Of a stretch of DNA of 32,909 bases, positions 26,809 through 32,909 are shown piece by piece. Numbering within the stretch: position 1 is the first letter of the stretch; the number at the start of each line of letters is the position of its first letter. The position numbers and the translations under genes are program-made. The stretch lies in the IMG/VR virus record IMGVR_UViG_3300005672_000033. The stretch is one strand, 5' to 3'. The notes under the pieces are model-generated. The model was not told where the DNA came from, ran no database searches, and was given only the letters and a program-made list of their open reading frames with translations. The DNA is from an uncultured virus (IMG/VR IMGVR_UViG_3300005672_000033) (lineage: Duplodnaviria; Heunggongvirae; Uroviricota; Caudoviricetes).

Positions 26809-27579
26809 ATGGCCATCGACCGCACTGCGCCCCAGTTCATCCCGCCAGCGCACCAGGCGCGCGCGCCGGACGGGTGCGTTCGGTTTCAGCTGATTCCAGC
26901 CCAGGCCCCGCCAGACGCGACTCCGCCGGACGTCATCAACTTCGATCCGGTGAGCGGGGCTGGCATCTTCGCGGCGACGCCTGTCGAGTTCGAAGTCGTC
27001 GACAACTTGGGCGACAACCTGGCGCAGTACGTCACCGCCGTGCATTCGGACGGGTCGGCCGACATCGTTTGGGACGGCGCGTTCCGCGGGCCGTATGTGG
27101 CGGGGTCCTCACGAACGCCGATCGCGAACGGCTTCCACTTCTCGGTCGAGCGGTCCGGTGGCTGGCCCGCAGCCGGACTGACGGTCCGCGTCCATGCGAT
27201 CGATGCGGACGGGAACAGCGTGACCACGACGGCGGTCTACACGGTCACCAACCCGACCAACACGGGTGACGTCACGCCGCCCACGGTCGTCGATTGGAGC
27301 CCGGCGCCAAACGCGGAGATCGATGTCGACACGCCGATCAGCTTCACCGTGACGGATGCGAGCGGAGCTTTCGCTGGCATCTTCATCTCGGTCGCGTTCC
27401 CCACGAACGACGTCGAGACCGCGTTCCAGGGTACGGCCTTCCGTGGCCGCTACGCCGCCGGATCCTCGCGCGTGGCGGTCTCCGGTGGGTGGCGGTTCAC
27501 GCTGCGACGGAGCGGGGGCTGGCCGACGAGGCCCACCTTCCTCGTCGATGTGATCGACGCGAGAGGCAACTACCTATGA
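26809..27579 (+). CDS. Protein with two tandem Ig-like repeats
   Basis: Internal duplication: AFRGPYVAGSSR..ERSGGWP..IDADGN versus AFRGRYAAGSSR..RRSGGWP..IDARGN. Confidence 0.75.
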   Translation: MAIDRTAPQFIPPAHQARAPDGCVRFQLIPAQAPPDATPPDVINFDPVSGAGIFAATPVEFEVVDNLGDNLAQYVTAVHSDGSADIVWDGAFRGPYVAGSSRTPIANGFHFSVERSGGWPAAGLTVRVHAIDADGNSVTTTAVYTVTNPTNTGDVTPPTVVDWSPAPNAEIDVDTPISFTVTDASGAFAGIFISVAFPTNDVETAFQGTAFRGRYAAGSSRVAVSGGWRFTLRRSGGWPTRPTFLVDVIDARGNYL

Positions 27580-28058
27580 CGGTCGAGGTCAGCTACCAGC
27601 TCGAGCAGCCCAACCTCCCAAGCGCGGGGCTCCCGACGGGACCCGCGACGTCGGCGCAGGCGCTCGAGCGCGCGCACCTTGGCGGCGGCGCCATCGTGCG
27701 CCCGTTTCGACGTGACCTGAAGAACGACTACGCGCGCGGGCGCGGCACCCCGCGGCTCCGCTCCCGAATCGGGCAGATCCTCGGCACCGAGGAGGGCGAG
27801 CTCGCGTACGACTCGAGCTTCGGCTCGCGGCTCCACCTCATCCGCCACCGGAACCTCGATGAGACCACCATCGAGCTCGCGAGGTACTACGTCGAGGACC
27901 CGCTCCGCCGATTCGAGCCGGATGCCCGGGTCACGTTGGTCGACGTGACCGAGCGCGCGCAGGGCAACGGCCTCGACGTGCTCGTGAAGTTCGTGCCGAT
28001 CGACAAGAAGGGAAACGCGGTCGGGCCGGAGGACGAGATCACGATCCCCGTGAGGTGA
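27576..28058 (+). CDS. Baseplate protein, GPW/gp25 family
   Basis: IGQILGTEEGE...FGSRL...LRRFEPDA; ATG 27576 coupled to the upstream TGA. Confidence 0.9.
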   Translation: MTVEVSYQLEQPNLPSAGLPTGPATSAQALERAHLGGGAIVRPFRRDLKNDYARGRGTPRLRSRIGQILGTEEGELAYDSSFGSRLHLIRHRNLDETTIELARYYVEDPLRRFEPDARVTLVDVTERAQGNGLDVLVKFVPIDKKGNAVGPEDEITIPVR

Positions 28059-28061
28059 CCC

Positions 28062-29573
28062 ATGACGAGCATGCTCCCCACCAACCTCGACTACACCGAG
28101 GGGCTCGACCAGCTCTCTGCCGAGGCCCGCATCATGCGCCTCATCGACTCGCTCTTTCCCGAGTGGGAGGATCGGCAGCGCGCGGACTTCGGCAACATCC
28201 TCGTCAGGCTCGCCGCATTTAACGCGGACTTCCTGAGCTTCTACCAGGACAACCAAGCGAGGGAGTCGCGGTGGACGACGGCGCGCCTCCGCAAGAACAT
28301 CCTCGCGTTCGCCAAGCTCATCGGATACCGGCCGAGGACGGCGTCGGCCGCCACGGCTGAGGAGGTCTTCACCCTCGCCGCCGCGCTCCCAGGGGACCTC
28401 ACGATCCCGGCCGGTACACGCGTGCTCACGGCCGAGGTCACGCGCCAGATCGCCTACCAGCTCACGGCGGCGCTGGTGATCCCGGCGGGCCAAACGACGG
28501 CGACCGCGACCGTCGAGAACAGCCAGACCCGCGACGAGCAGTTCGTCAGCACGGGACAGCCCGATCAGGTCTTCAGGCTGCGGCACACCCCCTACATCGA
28601 CGGGACGCTCGTCGTCGTCGCCGGCGACGGGAGCTACACCGAGGAGGACGACCTCCTCGACGCGACGTCCACGAGCCGCCACTTTCGCACTACCGTCGAC
28701 GACCGTGAGCGCGTGGTCGTCAGGTTCGGCGACGGCGTGCTGGGGAAGATCCCGACGGGGACGATCTCCTTCACCTACCGGACCGGCGGCGGCGTCGCCG
28801 GGCGCGTCGAACAGAACCGCCTCACGAGGCTCGAAGGCAGCTTCACCGACTCGCTCGGGACCCCGGCCCAGCTCTCGGTCACGAACCCGAGCAAGTCGTC
28901 TGGGGGCGACGACCGCGAGACCAACGCGCAGATCAAGCAGAACGGGCCGCGCGCGAATCGGGTGCGGCGCGTCCTCGTGAGCCGCGAGGACTACGAGATC
29001 GCCGCGGAGCTCGTGCCGCAGGTCGCGCGCGCGCTCCACTTGCCCGACGTCGTCGGGCCCAACCAAGGCCACGTCTACGTCGTGACGGACGACCTCAGCG
29101 AGCCCTCGCCGACTCTGCTCGCGGCCGTCACGGCGCAATGGTCGCCCGGCGGGCCATTCCTCAAGCTGAACACGTACCAGGTGACCGCGCTCGCGGCGCC
29201 GTTCTTCGATGTGGACGTGAGCTCGATCGTCTACCTCGCTCCGTCGACCACGCCGGAGACCGCGCGGGCGCGCGTCATGGCCTCACTCCAGGCCCTCTTC
29301 GCTCTCCGCGTACCCAGCGAGACCAGTCCCAACGAGCTCGTCCGGAACCCGCGAATCAACTTCGGCTACTACCTCCAGAACAGCGGGGGGCAGTTCGCGT
29401 GGAGCGATCTCTTCAACGCGATCCGCGACACCGTGGGCATCGGCAAGGTGGACCCGGGGCCCGGCGGGCTCCTCCTGAACGGCGTCCGTGACAACGTCGC
29501 GCTCGGGGCCCACCAGTTTCCGCGGCTCGGCAACGTGGTGCTCATCAACGGGGCCAACGGGCAGCCGTTTTAG
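28062..29573 (+). CDS. Baseplate wedge J/gp47-like protein
   Basis: DFGNILV, ANES-like QARES, LIGYRP, FGDGVLGKIP, YRTGGGVAG, GGDDRET, VSREDYE motifs. Confidence 0.92.
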   Translation: MTSMLPTNLDYTEGLDQLSAEARIMRLIDSLFPEWEDRQRADFGNILVRLAAFNADFLSFYQDNQARESRWTTARLRKNILAFAKLIGYRPRTASAATAEEVFTLAAALPGDLTIPAGTRVLTAEVTRQIAYQLTAALVIPAGQTTATATVENSQTRDEQFVSTGQPDQVFRLRHTPYIDGTLVVVAGDGSYTEEDDLLDATSTSRHFRTTVDDRERVVVRFGDGVLGKIPTGTISFTYRTGGGVAGRVEQNRLTRLEGSFTDSLGTPAQLSVTNPSKSSGGDDRETNAQIKQNGPRANRVRRVLVSREDYEIAAELVPQVARALHLPDVVGPNQGHVYVVTDDLSEPSPTLLAAVTAQWSPGGPFLKLNTYQVTALAAPFFDVDVSSIVYLAPSTTPETARARVMASLQALFALRVPSETSPNELVRNPRINFGYYLQNSGGQFAWSDLFNAIRDTVGIGKVDPGPGGLLLNGVRDNVALGAHQFPRLGNVVLINGANGQPF

Positions 29574-29762
29574 CAGCACCCCGTCGCCGAGCTCGACGAC
29601 GTGAAGCATCTCGCGCGGTGCTCGCGCCTCGACCAGGAGCCCTGCCATGGCGCGGGTGACGCCGAGGCGGGCGAGCTCGGGGCCGGCCTCGCGCAGCCAC
29701 GCTTCCACGATAAGCGGCGAGAGCGCCTCGGCGATCGTGCGTGGGCGGCGACGTTCTGACAC
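29283..29762 (-). CDS. Possible small antisense-oriented gene
   Basis: GTG 29762 preceded by TAGCCT at 6 nt; first ~65 codons fill the J-portal gap and read like an ordered protein; remainder overlaps baseplate J antisense. Confidence 0.35.
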   Translation of the reverse strand: MSERRRPRTIAEALSPLIVEAWLREAGPELARLGVTRAMAGLLVEARAPREMLHVVELGDGVLLKRLPVGPVDEHHVAEPRKLVGPERDVVTDAVQEEPAGPRVHLADAHGVADRVEEIAPRELPPAVLEVVAEVDSRVPDELVGTGLAGYAESEEGLE

Positions 29763-29773
29763 CCGCTGAGGCT

Positions 29774-29822
29774 AGCCGGCGCGCCGGCTGGTCGACCAGA
29801 GGGGGGCGGAAAACGATGACCC
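29774..29822 (+). promoter_or_regulatory. Late promoter-like motif inside a 16-bp palindrome
   Basis: AGCCGGCGCGCCGGCT 29774-29789; GCCGGCTGG ends at 29791, 31 nt before the portal GTG. Confidence 0.55.
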
Positions 29823-31514
29823 GTGACCGAGAAGCGCGTCAGCAAGGCGACGATCGTGACGATCCGTCAGCCGACTTCGAACAAGCGGCCCGACGAGATC
29901 GAGCGCGCGTTCCGGTCGGCCGGGGCCATCGATCCCCCGTACGACCAGCGGCAGCTGACCCACGTCTACCTCGGATCAAGCATCCTCCGGCCGAACGTCG
30001 ACGCCTACGAGGTGAACATCGACCGCGCGGGCTACAGGCTCGAGCCGACGGTGAAGCTCGAGGGCCCGCCCGAGGATGTGCAACGCGCGGTGCGAATGGT
30101 CATCGTGCAGGAGGCGAAGGCCGAGGGCCGAACGGTTGTGCCCGACGACGTCGAGGTGAACGCGCGGCTCGTCGAGATGAAGCAGGCCGCCGAGCTCGAG
30201 CGCGCAGAGGTCGAGGCCTTCCTCTCGAACTGCGCCCCTGAGCTCGGCTTCTCCGAGCTTCGTGGTCGAACGCGCCAGGACCTCGAGGCGACGGGCAACG
30301 CGTACTGGGAGGTCGTCCGAAACGTGGAGACCGACCAGATCGTCCTCGAGCACATTCGCTCGGTCGAGATGCGCATCCTCCCGCTCGACCGCGAGCTCAT
30401 CGACGTGGAGGTCCCCTACTGGGTCACGCCGTGCACCATCGCTCGGGTGCCGACGCGCCGCCGCTTTCGGCGGTTCGTGCAGATCGTGCACGGCATCGAG
30501 ACGGTCTACTTCAAAGAGCTCGGCGACCCGCGGGTGATGTCTGCGTCGTCGGGCAAGTTCTACCCGAGCGAGGACGAGCTGAAGGCCAAGGAGCGAGGCG
30601 CGATCCCCGCGACCGAGGTGCTGCACTTCCTCATCTACACGCCCTGGACGACGCCCTACGGCGTCCCTCGGTGGATCGGCGCGCTGCCCTCGGTGCGCGG
30701 CGCCGGCTCCAGCGAGGCCGTCAACGCCTCCTACTTCGACGAGAAGGGCATCCCGAACGGCATCCTGAGCGTGAGCGCGGGCGACTTCGGCGCGGGCGGC
30801 GTGGACAAGATCCGGGACTTCTTCAACGAGGCCGCGAAGGGGAAGGAGAACTTCCACAAGGTCCTCGTGCTCGAGATCCCCGCGCAGGTCGACGGGGCCA
30901 TGGGGCAAGCCGTGCCGCCGCCGAAGGTGCAGTTCGACGCTCTCGCGGGCGCCCTGCACAAGGACGGGCAGTTCCAGGAGTACGAGAAGAACGCGGAGCG
31001 CAAGGTCGGGTCGCAGTTCCGCGTGCCCGCGATCTTCCGCGGCGACTCCGACGACTACAACCGAGCCACCTCCGAGACCGCGGCCGACGTCACGAACGAG
31101 CAGGTCTTCGGCCCCGCGCGCACGGCCTTCGATGACGTCTTCAATCGGCGCGTGATCGTGCTGAAGGGCATCCGGTATTGGAAATTCGTCTCGGGGCAGG
31201 CGACCAAGCTCGACCCGGAGGTGATCGCCGAGATGGCGCGCGAAGGCGTGAAGGAGGGGCTCCTCACGCCCAACGAAGGGCGCAAGCTCTACTCCGAGGC
31301 CACGGGCAAGGAGTACCCGGACGAGGAGTGGGGCCGACAGCCGAAGGCGCAGGCTCCGAGCGTGCAGGACCAGCTCAAGGACCTGGTCGCAACCCGCGCT
31401 GGTCTGGAGCAGGAGTCGCTCGACGGCTTCGCGGCGTCGACGGACGCCGCGCGCCTCGACGACGCGAACGAGGAGGTCGATCTCGACCCGTCGCCGGCGC
31501 CGAGCTGGCAATGA
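29823..31514 (+). CDS. Phage portal protein (PBSX-like)
   Basis: IDPPYD, DLEATGNAYWEVVRN, EVLHF, YGVPRWIGAL, YF...GIP.GIL, DGQFQEY, FRVP, YNRAT, LTPNEGR. Confidence 0.93.
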   Translation: MTEKRVSKATIVTIRQPTSNKRPDEIERAFRSAGAIDPPYDQRQLTHVYLGSSILRPNVDAYEVNIDRAGYRLEPTVKLEGPPEDVQRAVRMVIVQEAKAEGRTVVPDDVEVNARLVEMKQAAELERAEVEAFLSNCAPELGFSELRGRTRQDLEATGNAYWEVVRNVETDQIVLEHIRSVEMRILPLDRELIDVEVPYWVTPCTIARVPTRRRFRRFVQIVHGIETVYFKELGDPRVMSASSGKFYPSEDELKAKERGAIPATEVLHFLIYTPWTTPYGVPRWIGALPSVRGAGSSEAVNASYFDEKGIPNGILSVSAGDFGAGGVDKIRDFFNEAAKGKENFHKVLVLEIPAQVDGAMGQAVPPPKVQFDALAGALHKDGQFQEYEKNAERKVGSQFRVPAIFRGDSDDYNRATSETAADVTNEQVFGPARTAFDDVFNRRVIVLKGIRYWKFVSGQATKLDPEVIAEMAREGVKEGLLTPNEGRKLYSEATGKEYPDEEWGRQPKAQAPSVQDQLKDLVATRAGLEQESLDGFAASTDAARLDDANEEVDLDPSPAPSWQ

Positions 31515-31798
31515 CGTCGGCGCCGCTCGTCGTCGTGGCCGCCAACGTCTGCCACCGCGACATGAAGCCGGGGAACGTGAAGCGGGTGACGTCGCGCGGT
31601 CCGCTCGTCGGCTACTACATCGCCTGCGTTTGCGGCTGGAAGGCCACCTACCTCGACGATGATGTGGGGTTCGAGGAGGAGCAGGCGATCGCGGGCGCCG
31701 CGTACCCGAAGCGGCTCGTCGGCTTCCGCTCTTCGCCGACGTGCTTGCGCTGCTCGAAGCGGCTCGCGATCTCGGCTGGGCGGCTGGAGGCGTCGTGA
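31511..31798 (+). CDS. Small zinc-binding hypothetical protein
   Basis: YIACVCG and CLRC; ATGA and GTGA coupling between portal and MuF. Confidence 0.65.
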   Translation: MTSAPLVVVAANVCHRDMKPGNVKRVTSRGPLVGYYIACVCGWKATYLDDDVGFEEEQAIAGAAYPKRLVGFRSSPTCLRCSKRLAISAGRLEAS

Positions 31799-32909
31799 GC
31801 TGGCTGGCGGCGGCCGCGGGCGAGCGCGTCGCGCGCGACGTCCTGGCCTTCATCGGCCTCGAGGTCGCGAAGGCGGACCTGGACCCCCTGACCCGCGAGG
31901 GGTTCGACGACGTGGTGCGCGCTCTTGTGACGGCGATGCGGCGCGATTCCGGCGAGCACACCGACGCGATCATCAAGACCGCAACGGACCGGCTCGACCG
32001 CGACTGGGGCCGGCTGAGCGAGCAGCAGCGAGAGGAGGCGTTCCGACGCGCCGCCGGCGCGGTGCTCGAGCGCATCAACGGGCTCGCCGCAGCCGCGACG
32101 GCGCCCATCGAGGGCTCGGCACGGAACCTCATCACGCGCTCGCGCCGGGCCACCTCGGCAGCGAACGGCCTCTCCGTCCGAGACATCTTCTCGGCAGAGG
32201 ACGAGGTCGCGGCCCGATTCGCGCGTAGCTCGAGCGGCTTCTTCGTGCGCTCCACCGGCGGTCGCATCCTCAGCGGGGCGGTCGACACGACGGCGCGTCG
32301 CATCGTGGCCAAAGGCCTGCGCGAGGGCTGGGACAAGCAGACGACCGGCGAGGAGATGGCCAAGGCGCTCCGCGGCAGCGTCGGCGAGCGGTCTCAGTCG
32401 TACTTCGAGATGGTCGCGAGCGTGGCGATGGCGCGGTCGCGAACGTACGCGACGCTGCGGTCGTTCGAGGAGGCGGAGGTCTCCCTCTTCAAGCTGTCGA
32501 GCGTCCTCGACGAGGTCACATCGGACGTCTGCCGGTTCATGCACGGGCGCACGTTCGAGGTGAGGCAGGCGCTCAGGCGGTTCGAGGAGGTGATGGCGTC
32601 GCCGCCGGGCGCGATCGTGGACCTCCAACCATTCGTGCGGCGCGGCCGCAGGCCGGACGGGTCTCGCGTCCTCTTCGCCGAGAGCAACGGCCAGCGTACC
32701 GAGATCGCAGACATCCTGCGGTCCGCCGTCGGGCAGAAGGATCGGATCGGGTCGTTCCGCTCGATCGCCTCCGACGGCCGCGTCGCGGCGATGGGTTGCT
32801 GCACCCCGCCGTTCCATCCCCACTGCCGCACGGTCATGCTGGCCGTCACGTCGCGGGTCGTGACCACGCCGATCGGCCCGGGCGGTACGGCCGCAGCGCC
32901 GGCGGCGAC
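31795..32909 (+). CDS. Head morphogenesis/minor capsid protein (Mu gpF/SPP1 gp7 family), 3'-truncated; not in ORF track
   Basis: Open frame from GTG 31795 (GGAGG SD) to the window end; VLDEVTSDVCRFMHG and PPFHPHCRT (starting at 32806). Confidence 0.9.
   Translation, partial: MSWLAAAAGERVARDVLAFIGLEVAKADLDPLTREGFDDVVRALVTAMRRDSGEHTDAIIKTATDRLDRDWGRLSEQQREEAFRRAAGAVLERINGLAAAATAPIEGSARNLITRSRRATSAANGLSVRDIFSAEDEVAARFARSSSGFFVRSTGGRILSGAVDTTARRIVAKGLREGWDKQTTGEEMAKALRGSVGERSQSYFEMVASVAMARSRTYATLRSFEEAEVSLFKLSSVLDEVTSDVCRFMHGRTFEVRQALRRFEEVMASPPGAIVDLQPFVRRGRRPDGSRVLFAESNGQRTEIADILRSAVGQKDRIGSFRSIASDGRVAAMGCCTPPFHPHCRTVMLAVTSRVVTTPIGPGGTAAAPAA

Larger units (their letters stand above)
1..32909 (+). 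mobile_element. Segment of a contractile-tailed phage/prophage genome (replication, tail/baseplate, portal and MuF modules)
   Basis: Co-oriented, coupled genes for helicase, resolvase, initiator and loader, then sheath, tube, tape measure, baseplate, portal and MuF. No host housekeeping genes and no element boundaries inside the window. Confidence 0.95.

Noticed and set aside
25801..27579. Diversity-generating retroelement or invertible fibre cassette
   Set aside because: No reverse transcriptase, invertase or near-identical TR/VR pair seen; the duplication is diverged and protein-level.
13814..29573. Stand-alone eCIS, tailocin or T6SS
   Set aside because: Linked to portal, MuF and a replication module; long TP901-type tape measure; no Afp15-like ATPase or T6SS membrane genes.
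29976..32363. 795-aa minus-strand ORF
   Set aside because: Shadow of portal and MuF, which carry clear family motifs on the + strand.
1..32909. Alternative genetic code or stop-codon reassignment
   Set aside because: Genes are full length under the standard code and TGA/TAG/TAA stops coincide with next-gene starts.

Overview
A GC-rich (roughly 70%, by eye) segment of a contractile-tailed (myovirus-type) phage or prophage. Nearly all credible genes are on the + strand and many are translationally coupled. 1-9668 is a replication/DNA-metabolism operon: DHH/DHHA1 phosphoesterase, N6-adenine-type DNA methyltransferase, SF2 helicase with a Cys-rich tail, RuvC-like resolvase, antirepressor-like protein, GIY-YIG (T5orf172/MUG113) protein, replication initiator with internal 10-bp-periodic repeats, DnaC/IstB-like ATPase and small Zn-finger proteins. 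9892-29573 is the late tail/lysis region: IPT/TIG protein, putative lytic transglycosylase, sheath, T4 gp19-like tube, an HNH plus collagen-lipoprotein insert, tail assembly chaperone, tape measure, CIS-tube/LysM/gpD/gpV/gp25/baseplate J. 29823-end encodes the portal and a truncated MuF/SPP1 gp7 head protein, so the tail block precedes the head block. Best non-obvious signals: (i) a recurring promoter-like motif GCGCCGGCTCG 31-34 nt upstream of SD-less late start codons, four copies of which overlap a 20-bp palindrome (perfect copy CGTTCTCACCGGTGAGAACG); (ii) a C CCT TTG -1 slippery site that joins the chaperone to an ORF absent from the ORF track; (iii) a candidate origin inside the initiator gene; (iv) a beta-rich module nested inside itself in the sheath and shared with the IPT/TIG protein; (v) a long G-U-rich hairpin that may be a small RNA. 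No CRISPR, tRNA, rRNA, integrase, terminase or major capsid gene was seen. All product calls rest on recalled family motifs and synteny, not database searches. A myxobacterial host is only a weak guess.
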